This document shows positions 1-7,133 of a stretch of 64,000 bases of DNA, piece after piece (the stretch's first letter is position 1; each line of letters opens with the position of its first letter). Below the pieces are notes generated by a model. The model was not told the DNA's origin. It did no database searches and saw only the letters and a program-made list of their open reading frames with translations. A program made the translations under genes and the position numbers. The DNA is taken from positions 197,229 through 261,228 of the forward strand of contig CACEDS010000002.1 of NCBI GenBank assembly GCA_902558395.1. Direction: 5' to 3'. The DNA comes from an uncultured SAR86 cluster bacterium. Its GTDB lineage: Bacteria > Pseudomonadota > Gammaproteobacteria > Magnimaribacterales > D2472.

Positions 1-244
1 ACTCCTGAATTAATTGCTCTATCAACTCTTCATGAATAGTTAACATTGTCATTCCACATATTATTAGATTGTTAGATGAATACCACCTAAGATTGTTTTT
101 GTTCCTTTCATCTTCGACAATAAGTATTTCTAAAACAGATACAAACTCATCAATAAAGTTCTTTAAAGAATCAAAGATTTCACCTTCGTCTTCTGTTGCT
201 TGAATTTTAGTTAGATTACCGAAGATATTATGAACATTGGACAT
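1..244 (-). CDS. hypothetical protein, N-terminal part only (gene runs off left edge)
   Basis: ATG at 244-242 opens an uninterrupted 81-codon frame (MSNVHNIFGNLTKIQATEDEGEIF...) down to position 1. It is absent from the supplied track because it is truncated. No motif recognised; co-directional with the next two small ORFs. Confidence 0.3.
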   Translation of the reverse strand, partial: MSNVHNIFGNLTKIQATEDEGEIFDSLKNFIDEFVSVLEILIVEDERNKNNLRWYSSNNLIICGMTMLTIHEELIEQLIQE

Positions 245-292
245 TAATCCATACTAACGAAAATAATTAATACTGTATATATGTATAGTTTA

Positions 293-496
293 TTAATCCC
301 ACTTATTTCTTAAAATATTAACAATATCTCTATGAACAGATAATTGAGAGTGCAATCTTGCACTCTCATCTGTAAGTTCTTCCCACTTCAACCAGTCAAA
401 ACCTTTAGAACCAATTTTGCCGAGATTATCTATCTTCTTGTCGATAGACTTAATCCTGAACCAAAGTCTTCTATCGTTATCGTTTCTGATTTCCAT
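293..496 (-). CDS. hypothetical small protein (67 aa)
   Basis: ORF track. Its start lies 1 nt below the upstream ORF's stop codon (496 vs 498), suggesting co-transcription. No motif recognised. Confidence 0.4.
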   Translation of the reverse strand: MEIRNDNDRRLWFRIKSIDKKIDNLGKIGSKGFDWLKWEELTDESARLHSQLSVHRDIVNILRNKWD

Positions 497-497
497 G

Positions 498-818
498 TTA
501 AACCCAAGTATTAGTTGAGTAGTTTATTTTTTCTTTATCACACACTTTTTGTATGTCATGAAGAGTTAACTTTTCATCAAAGTTAAAACCTTTTGCAAGA
601 CAATGAATCAAGAACTTAGATAGTCCATCTTTATCTATTGTTAAGTAATACTCATACTCATCATTACCCCAAAATGCTTCTACATCTGAACCATAATGAT
701 GAGAACTCAAAGTTAAATCTCCATTCAAACCATACTCTGCATAAACAGTATGACTGCCATGGGGAAACTCTTCTCTATAGATTTGTTCCATATTTTTCTC
801 CATAAGAAATACACCCAA
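498..818 (-). CDS. hypothetical protein (106 aa)
   Basis: ORF track. Acidic and aromatic-rich soluble protein with no motif recognised. The start could be the internal Met at MEKNMEQ. Confidence 0.45.
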   Translation of the reverse strand: MGVFLMEKNMEQIYREEFPHGSHTVYAEYGLNGDLTLSSHHYGSDVEAFWGNDEYEYYLTIDKDGLSKFLIHCLAKGFNFDEKLTLHDIQKVCDKEKINYSTNTWV

Positions 819-965
819 AATTAGGTATATCGATGCATGTATTGGAAACTGAAATAAGGAATTTATTTCTTTCTTTACACTTATTTATATGGGGATTTTT
901 TAGACAAATTCAATGCTAAAAAATATTAAAAATTAATAGAAATTGGTCACTATTTTCAAATCATT

Positions 966-988
966 TTTGAATACTAATTTGAATACTA
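966..988 (+). repeat. tandem direct 11-mer TTTGAATACTA x2 (12-bp period) in the arm next to att copy 1
   Basis: TTTGAATACTA occurs at 966-976 and 978-988, separated by a single A, 48 nt upstream of the att-like core. Candidate arm-type recombinase or excisionase binding sites. Confidence 0.35.
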
Positions 989-1035
989 GACTCTGAAACA
1001 TGCATTATTATAAGGTTTATATTCTCGAGTCATGC

Positions 1036-1082
1036 ACTGAAAATCCTTGTGTCGGTGGTTCGATCCCACCTCTGGGCACCAT
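1036..1082 (+). repeat. tRNA-Phe(GAA) 3'-half fragment, att-like direct repeat copy 1
   Basis: Sequence is ACTGAAAATCCTTGTGTCGGTGGTTCGATCCCACCTCTGGGCACCAT. It reads as anticodon loop CTGAAAA, T arm GGTGG/TTCGATC/CCACC, 3' acceptor strand TCTGGGC, discriminator A and CCA. The upstream bases cannot supply the anticodon-stem, D-arm or 5' acceptor strand. Confidence 0.85.
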
Positions 1083-1150
1083 TATTATAGGAATCCTTTT
1101 ATTTCAATATTTTAAAAAAATTGAAATCTCTAATATAAACTTATTGATTT

Positions 1151-1555
1151 TTATTTTCTGTATAAATTCTCAGAAATTTTCTGACCATCACATTCGAGAC
1201 ATGTCCAATAACCATATAAGTTTCCATTCTTGATTTCGTAATGCGTTGTACCAACATCAGAAAAACCAGGATATATATATGTTATTGCTAAATAATTGCT
1301 GCTTAGAACTCCAATACCAATGTATTCGATATCATCATCCCTTGTGTAATGGATATAGTATGTGTCTTTTTGCTTAAATATTGTAGCGTCACCAGTTTCG
1401 CCTATGCCTGTCTCATAAGAATATTCACCACATATTGAATCAACAGCACATTCCTTTAATAATTTTTCTTGGTTCTCAAAGGGTGGGACACCATATGGAA
1501 AATTTGCTTCAGTGCAACTAGATAAAAATAATATAAGAACTATGTTTTTTTTCAT
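1151..1555 (-). CDS. putative lipoprotein (134 aa)
   Basis: N-terminus MKKNIVLILFLSSC has a signal peptide with a lipobox-like LSSC. The rest has no recognised domain. Confidence 0.6.
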   Translation of the reverse strand: MKKNIVLILFLSSCTEANFPYGVPPFENQEKLLKECAVDSICGEYSYETGIGETGDATIFKQKDTYYIHYTRDDDIEYIGIGVLSSNYLAITYIYPGFSDVGTTHYEIKNGNLYGYWTCLECDGQKISENLYRK

Positions 1556-1560
1556 AAATT

Positions 1561-1935
1561 TTATGTTTCCAACAATGGGTTTCTACCCCATTTATTTTCG
1601 TCATCTTGTGCAGGCAGCATTAAATAAATGAAAATTACGAATATTGGAATAAGCAAGACATAGGATAATTGCCACCATCCAGAAATGCCTCTATCTTGCA
1701 TTCTTCTTGATGTAACAGAAATGCTAGGAATAATAGTTATAATTTGAAATAAGAACGATACTGGTCCGTAACCAATTTCTTCGTTAAATACTCCTAGCAA
1801 CGTTTCTACAAATACTAATACGAAAGCAATAAGGAAAACTGAAAGGACAAAAAACCAATACTCACTTCGACATGCTCTACCACTAAAATTTCTCCAGTTT
1901 TTGAATACAGAAATAAACGACTCTTTCATACTCAT
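1561..1935 (-). CDS. DUF805 family inner-membrane protein
   Basis: FSGRACRSEYWFFVL signature near the N-terminus followed by several TM helices, typical of the DUF805 (YhaH/YhaI-like) family. Confidence 0.7.
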   Translation of the reverse strand: MSMKESFISVFKNWRNFSGRACRSEYWFFVLSVFLIAFVLVFVETLLGVFNEEIGYGPVSFLFQIITIIPSISVTSRRMQDRGISGWWQLSYVLLIPIFVIFIYLMLPAQDDENKWGRNPLLET

Positions 1936-2075
1936 AACTTTCTCCTTTTAATTACATACTTTTTAAAAGTATATACTTTAAAAAAACACATACTAGTTTT
2001 TAAAATCATTATTATGTATAAAATTTAAATCTTTTTTTAAAAATAATTTTATAGGGTTTTATTCTAGTCTCACAA

Positions 2076-2122
2076 ACTGAAAATCCTTGTGTCGGTGGTT
2101 CGATCCCACCTCTGGGCACCAT
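2076..2122 (+). repeat. tRNA-Phe(GAA) 3'-half fragment, att-like direct repeat copy 2
   Basis: Base-for-base identical to 1036-1082, offset by exactly 1,040 bp. It also lacks any 5' tRNA half. Confidence 0.85.
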
Positions 2123-2202
2123 GCTTACAATATTATTTCTGTCGCAATTAGTGATTATTTGTTAATAGTCTTAAATTGACTTTCAGGAACAATTTAAAAA
2201 AG

Positions 2203-2481
2203 CTAAAACAGTAAGCCCAAAAAAAATCCTATCAGTAAACCTAAAACTATATATTTAGTTTGATAGCTATTTTTCTTTTTAATTTTAGGGTCTGCAAAGA
2301 GATCCTTTGTCTCAATTTCAAATGCTGAGGCTAATGCCATAGTTGTCTCTAATGAAGCTGTTCCATCACTCTCAACTCTTTGAATTGTTCTAACATTTAC
2401 AGCACATAATTCAGCTAGCTGAGCTTGAGTCCAACCTTTGCTAATTCTTGTCTCTTTGATAAGAGATGTATTTAGAATCAT
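2203..2481 (-). CDS. XRE-family helix-turn-helix regulator with C-terminal transmembrane anchor
   Basis: ISKGWTQAQLAELCAVNVRTIQRVESDG is a canonical HTH_3 motif. The C-terminus YIVLGLLIGFFLGLLF is a hydrophobic helix. Confidence 0.75.
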   Translation of the reverse strand: MILNTSLIKETRISKGWTQAQLAELCAVNVRTIQRVESDGTASLETTMALASAFEIETKDLFADPKIKKKNSYQTKYIVLGLLIGFFLGLLF

Positions 2482-2484
2482 TTC

Positions 2485-2874
2485 TTAACCAAAGATTAAA
2501 GGAAGCACAAAATAACCTATAAGGAATCCAATGAGTAGACATACTAGCAATCCTTTCCAACCAATAATTTCTTTTTCAGGCTCTAATCTAAAAATCTCAT
2601 TTTCACCACTCTTAACGTAAAGTGACAGAGCCTGGGTGATGCGTTTTCCTTTAATCTTTTCATATCCAAAGTCAAAATTAAGCATTTCGCCATTAGATAG
2701 CTCAACTGAGTTTTGCGATCTCCATTTCCAAGAAGATTTCCTATGTTTGAGTTCGTCATTTATCCAAATTTCTTCTATGCTACTCCACATTCCATTTCTA
2801 TACTTGATTTGATAATCTTTATAATTAAATAGTATTGTTGCCCATTTAAAACTAAAGTCAGGATTCGTTTTCAT
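2485..2874 (-). CDS. hypothetical tail-anchored membrane protein (129 aa)
   Basis: Soluble Trp/Lys-rich N-terminal region followed by a C-terminal TM helix (LLVCLLIGFLIGYFVLPLIF). Its stop codon (2485-2487) is 3 nt from the HTH gene start at 2481. Confidence 0.55.
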   Translation of the reverse strand: MKTNPDFSFKWATILFNYKDYQIKYRNGMWSSIEEIWINDELKHRKSSWKWRSQNSVELSNGEMLNFDFGYEKIKGKRITQALSLYVKSGENEIFRLEPEKEIIGWKGLLVCLLIGFLIGYFVLPLIFG

Positions 2875-2980
2875 TTCTATTCACCTTTAATTTTTTAAGT
2901 AAAACATAATTTAAACAAAAAATTAAATATTACTAGGACAGGAGCACGACAGTCCTAAGATTGTCATGTATAAAAAAAAT

Positions 2981-4336
2981 TTACTTTTTTAGCTTAATTG
3001 GTATCTCTTGAATTGCATGAACAAAATTATTTGGTGCAACTTTCCAATCTCCAATTAATTTATAATCTGGGAATCTTGATAAAAACTGTGAGAAAAACTC
3101 TCTTAATTGCATTAAAGCAACAGGCTTGCCAAGACATGTATGTCTACCAATCCCAAATGCAAGATGTTTTTCAGCATTGCTTCTCATGATATTAAATTTA
3201 TCTGGATTATCAAAAATTTCAGGGTCCCTGTTTGCGGCCCCATACCATAATGCAATTTTTTCATAAGGACCTATTCTTTGTTCGCCTATAACCGTTTCCT
3301 CAAGAGAGGTTCTTCTCATATGGATTACAGGAGAAACATATCTAACAGTCTCATTTATTAGCCCTGAGACCCTTTCATAATCTTCTAAAACTAATTGTTT
3401 TTGCTCAGGATTTTCGTGAAGTAATTTAATACCGCCACTCATAGTATTCCTAGTAGTATCGTTACCTGCAAAAACTATTAATAGCCATGAGCCGTCAAGA
3501 AATTCTTGTGATAAATCTTCTCCTTCAATCTTTGCATTTGCAATTGCGCTTAGTAAATCATTTTCTGGTTTCTCTTTTTTTTTATTGAGAATAAATCTTC
3601 CGTAGTCAAACATTTCATCAATCATGTTATCGAACATTTCAACAAGTGCAGGATCTGGTGTCGTATCAGTTATACCTTCTTCATTTTGCTTAATTTGTTC
3701 AAGAGTAAAATATTGAGCTAACTCTAAAAATTCCATCCACTCTACAAGTTTTTGTCTATCTGATTCAGGAATACCCAAGATTTCAGACAGAGTATAGATT
3801 GGCAGTTGCTGAGATATTTCTCTAACTAAATTAAATTCATTTAACTTCTCTGCCTCATCCAATAACTGACTAACTTTCATGGAAACTTTATTTTGTAATT
3901 CATCTATATAGCCTGGCTTGAAAAAAGGCATATGCTCTTTTCTCAAGTTTAGATGTATCTCACCATCAAGATTAAGCATATGATCAATCGTAGATTTAAA
4001 TAATTTTGGGTGTCTGTTTTCTTCTGAGCCAAGTGTTAATAAGTTACCAGTTGAGTACTGTGATGAAAAAATCTTTGGATTCATTGAAACCATCTTTATA
4101 TCTTCATATCTTGTGAGAACCCAATAACCTGGTTCTGGATCACTCAACATTGGGGGGTGAAAAAATACTGGAGCATTTTCTCTAAGCTCTTTATATAAAT
4201 CAAAAGGTTGCCCTTGTGTAAAAAGATCTAAATCATTCAGAAAGTTTGATGGACTGTGTACAAACTTTTTTTCAAAGCTTGGAGCATTAATTTTATTATT
4301 TAAAATCTCAGATGATAGAACGAAACTTTTAGACAT
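2981..4336 (-). CDS. cytochrome P450
   Basis: Heme-binding loop FGIGRHTCLG (FxxGxHxCxG) and I-helix AGNDTT. 451 aa. Confidence 0.9.
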   Translation of the reverse strand: MSKSFVLSSEILNNKINAPSFEKKFVHSPSNFLNDLDLFTQGQPFDLYKELRENAPVFFHPPMLSDPEPGYWVLTRYEDIKMVSMNPKIFSSQYSTGNLLTLGSEENRHPKLFKSTIDHMLNLDGEIHLNLRKEHMPFFKPGYIDELQNKVSMKVSQLLDEAEKLNEFNLVREISQQLPIYTLSEILGIPESDRQKLVEWMEFLELAQYFTLEQIKQNEEGITDTTPDPALVEMFDNMIDEMFDYGRFILNKKKEKPENDLLSAIANAKIEGEDLSQEFLDGSWLLIVFAGNDTTRNTMSGGIKLLHENPEQKQLVLEDYERVSGLINETVRYVSPVIHMRRTSLEETVIGEQRIGPYEKIALWYGAANRDPEIFDNPDKFNIMRSNAEKHLAFGIGRHTCLGKPVALMQLREFFSQFLSRFPDYKLIGDWKVAPNNFVHAIQEIPIKLKK

Positions 4337-4437
4337 TATGTAAATAGTTTACTATTTTTATCATTCAATTGTTTTAAATTTTTCAAGTCTATATTAACCT
4401 GTTAATTGGAGATAAATAATCATCAAAAATATTTTAC

Positions 4438-5655
4438 ATGGCTGTTGTTAAAGGATATTGCGATTCTAAATTCATAGAAATAGAAGATATTCTAAGAGAT
4501 TCTATTGAGTCTGGTTACGAGATTGGTGCTTCTGTTGCAGTGTCATATAACAAAGAAATGATAATAGACCTATATGGCGGCTACAAAGATAAATCTAAGA
4601 AAAAAGCCTGGGATAAAGATACCATCGTTAATACTTATTCGGTTACAAAGGGTGTTACAGCAATTTGTATTGCTATGCTAATCGATAGAGGTCAACTTGA
4701 TGTTAATAAAAAAGTATCTGATTACTGGCCTGAGTATGGCTGCAATGGAAAAGAAAATACAAAAGTTATAGATTTTTTATGTCACAGAGCTTGCAACTTT
4801 GGTTTTCAAAATGGAGTCCCCTCAGATAGTTGGAAAAACTGGGACGTCTATACAGACATACTTGCAAAACAAAAGCCGTTTGCAGAACCAGGCTCAATGC
4901 AAGGCTATCATGCTATAACTTACGGATGGCTTGTGGGTGAAATCATTAGAAGGATTGATGGACGTGATGTTGGAACTTATTTTAGAGAAGAGATTGCTGA
5001 GCCGTTAAATATAAATTTTAAGATTGGTTTATCAGAAGAGGATTTTGTTAATTGTGCTGATATGCAAGTTCTTGAAGATTTTGGCGATAGTAGTCCTCCT
5101 TTTGAAAAAATTAAATATGTCCCAGATATTATGCTGCCTGAAAAGTTAAGAAACTTAAAAAAATCTATGGAAACTGGTCACTTCAAAATAGCTTTTCAAA
5201 AAAGGGCTGGTGACAACAAAGAATACGTTAATTCACCAGACTGGCGTATGGCACAGATTCCATCTGCTAACGGTCATGGAACTTCCGAGGGTCTTGCCAA
5301 GCTGTATGGAATTTTAAGTTCAGACTGTAAAGAAAATGGAAATCAAATTATAAATCCTAAGACTCTTAAATATTGTATTCAGCCATACTCATCAGGCCCT
5401 GATACGGTTTTATTTGGATCTGATATAACTTTCGGTCTTGGCTTTGAGCTAGCTAGTGAGATGCTTTTAAAGGGCAGTTTTTCACCAAGATTTATGGGAT
5501 ATATGTATGGTCATGCTGGCATCGGTGGAGCAGTCGCATATGGAGATGTGGATAAAAAAATAGGTTTTTCTTTTTTATGCAATAAAATGCATGACACAAA
5601 AAATTTATATAAGACTGCTAATCAATTAATTGATGCGCTTTACTCAAAAATTTAG
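4438..5655 (+). CDS. serine hydrolase, beta-lactamase/esterase (class C-like) family
   Basis: SxxK active-site motif in YSVTKGVTA, in the usual context (IDRGQLDVNKKVSDYWPEY). 405 aa. Confidence 0.8.
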   Translation: MAVVKGYCDSKFIEIEDILRDSIESGYEIGASVAVSYNKEMIIDLYGGYKDKSKKKAWDKDTIVNTYSVTKGVTAICIAMLIDRGQLDVNKKVSDYWPEYGCNGKENTKVIDFLCHRACNFGFQNGVPSDSWKNWDVYTDILAKQKPFAEPGSMQGYHAITYGWLVGEIIRRIDGRDVGTYFREEIAEPLNINFKIGLSEEDFVNCADMQVLEDFGDSSPPFEKIKYVPDIMLPEKLRNLKKSMETGHFKIAFQKRAGDNKEYVNSPDWRMAQIPSANGHGTSEGLAKLYGILSSDCKENGNQIINPKTLKYCIQPYSSGPDTVLFGSDITFGLGFELASEMLLKGSFSPRFMGYMYGHAGIGGAVAYGDVDKKIGFSFLCNKMHDTKNLYKTANQLIDALYSKI

Positions 5656-5657
5656 TT

Positions 5658-6389
5658 TTAGCTATTGATAAATTTCTGTCGTTGCCAGGACAGAATTGAA
5701 AAAGGAATTGTAAAAAAATATACCAATGCCAATACATTTAATGTGTGCCATGGAAAATTAATCATACTCAAAACTAAACCAGAAAATATCATTAAGAACA
5801 TTAGTTTTGATTTAATAAAGAAGTCCCTGCCTTTAATTGAGAAAGTTGGTATTTTGCTTACCAATAAGCCGCTTATAAGAATTATGTATCCTGCAACAAA
5901 ATTAAGATTTTCATAAGCCCAGTCATATCCGATATAGACATGAGTTAAAGGAAGCATAATTAATATGGCACCAGCGGGAGTTGGTATGCCAGTAAAGAAA
6001 TCTAATCTTTGTACCTCATTAGTCTTTGATTTTTCATGAAGAACGTTAAAAAGTGCCAATCTTAAGCAAGAAAAGACAATAAAGACCAGGGCTGCAAAAG
6101 CGCCAATACTATTTTGATCAAAAATTGCCATATACATTAATAAGCCAGGGGCAATGCCAAAACTTAAAAAGTCTGATAAAGAGTCTAATTGAAACCCAAG
6201 ATCTGATTCGCTATCTAAATGTCTGGCAAGCATGCCGTCAAGAGCATCGCATACAGCTGCAAATAATATACAAATTATTGCCAGGTTAAATTCACCCTCT
6301 ATTGCAAATCTCATTGAACTTAATCCAAAGCTTAAACCAGATAGTGTTATTAAATTTGGTAAAAGTGATTTTAGATTTATTTTTTTCAT
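5658..6389 (-). CDS. pssA: CDP-diacylglycerol--serine O-phosphatidyltransferase
   Basis: CDP-alcohol phosphatidyltransferase motif DALDGMLARHLDSESDLGFQLDSLSD. Polytopic membrane protein located directly downstream of psd. Confidence 0.8.
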   Translation of the reverse strand: MKKINLKSLLPNLITLSGLSFGLSSMRFAIEGEFNLAIICILFAAVCDALDGMLARHLDSESDLGFQLDSLSDFLSFGIAPGLLMYMAIFDQNSIGAFAALVFIVFSCLRLALFNVLHEKSKTNEVQRLDFFTGIPTPAGAILIMLPLTHVYIGYDWAYENLNFVAGYIILISGLLVSKIPTFSIKGRDFFIKSKLMFLMIFSGLVLSMINFPWHTLNVLALVYFFTIPFSILSWQRQKFINS

Positions 6390-6393
6390 AGGC

Positions 6394-7068
6394 CTAGTTC
6401 AATGTTGCAAGCACACTTTCTCCGGCTATAACTTTGTCACCAACTTTGCAATTTACAGTTGCATCCAGGGGCATGTAAATGTCAACTCTAGATCCAAATC
6501 TAATTAATCCATATCTTTCACCTTGATCAAGATACTGATTATCAGTGACAAAGCCTAAAATTCTTCTAGCAATTAACCCAGCAATTTGAACAACTACAAG
6601 TTGTATACCATTAGTGTTTGAGATAACCATGCTACTTCTCTCATTCTTTTCACTTGCTTTGTCTAAACTAGCATTTAAAAAACTTCCTTCTTTATAAATA
6701 ATTTTATCTATTCTTCCCTCAACAGGGCTTCTGTTTATATGAACGTTAAACACATTCATAAAAACACAAATGCGAAGCATATGATTGTTGCCAAGCTGAA
6801 CTTCTTGAGGCGGTATTGCTTGGTCAATCAAGCAGACCTTGCCATCAGCAGAGCTAATAACTGCATTTGGATTTTTAGGAGTATTCCTTTTTGGATTTCT
6901 AAAAAACCATAATGTAAACAATGTCAGTAAATAACCTATGAATGCTATCGGGATATAAATTAAAGACACTAAGAAAGATAATACAAAAAAGATAAGTGCA
7001 AACTTCCACCCTTCAGGATGAATATAATATTTCGAATTCGAATCTTTGTTTTTCATTGTATTATCCAA
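6394..7068 (-). CDS. psd: phosphatidylserine decarboxylase proenzyme (short type)
   Basis: GLIRFGSRVDIYMP contains the G-S self-cleavage site. N-terminal TM segments; length about 220 aa, as in short-form Psd. Confidence 0.8.
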   Translation of the reverse strand: MDNTMKNKDSNSKYYIHPEGWKFALIFFVLSFLVSLIYIPIAFIGYLLTLFTLWFFRNPKRNTPKNPNAVISSADGKVCLIDQAIPPQEVQLGNNHMLRICVFMNVFNVHINRSPVEGRIDKIIYKEGSFLNASLDKASEKNERSSMVISNTNGIQLVVVQIAGLIARRILGFVTDNQYLDQGERYGLIRFGSRVDIYMPLDATVNCKVGDKVIAGESVLATLN

Positions 7069-7133
7069 TAATCATTAACCTCTTTATTTTTTATAAATTC
7101 GGCCAAATAAAAGTGGTAAAGTATAGTTTAACT

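Larger units (their letters stand above)
1..1082 (+). mobile_element. distal end of a putative tRNA-Phe-integrated genomic island or prophage remnant (remainder left of window)
   Basis: Bounded on the right by att-like tRNA-Phe 3' half copy 1. Contains only small orphan ORFs. No integrase or intact tRNA lies inside the window. Confidence 0.4.
1083..2122 (+). mobile_element. 1.04-kb integrase-less islet delimited by the two att-like tRNA-Phe fragments
   Basis: Lies between identical 47-nt direct repeats. Carries only a lipoprotein gene and a DUF805 gene. Confidence 0.4.

Noticed and set aside
1000-1233. 77-aa plus-strand ORF in the track
   Set aside because: It translates straight through the tRNA-Phe fragment (..CVGGSIPPLGT..) and then runs antisense to the lipoprotein gene, so it is a frame artefact rather than a gene.
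1036-2122. Idea that the tRNA-Phe pieces are an intron-split or permuted functional tRNA gene
   Set aside because: I found no sequence resembling the 5' half (GCCCAGA acceptor strand, D arm AGCTCAG.., 5' anticodon stem AAGGA) upstream of either copy or between them. Both copies are the same half, so they cannot complement each other.
2934-2957. TAGGAC...GTCCTA stem-loop between the P450 gene end and the next gene
   Set aside because: It has only a 6-bp stem with a 12-nt loop and no clean U-tract. It could be a weak terminator but is not supportable.
4342-4357. 7-2-7 palindrome AAATAGT-TT-ACTATTT just upstream of the P450 start codon
   Set aside because: It is entirely A/T apart from one G/C pair per arm. 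Palindromes of this kind are expected by chance in DNA this AT-rich, and nothing else supports an operator.
6996-7133. 46-codon N-terminal extension of the malonyl-CoA decarboxylase ORF
   Set aside because: It overlaps the divergent psd coding region and is low-complexity. The ATG at 7134 gives a sensible N-terminus.
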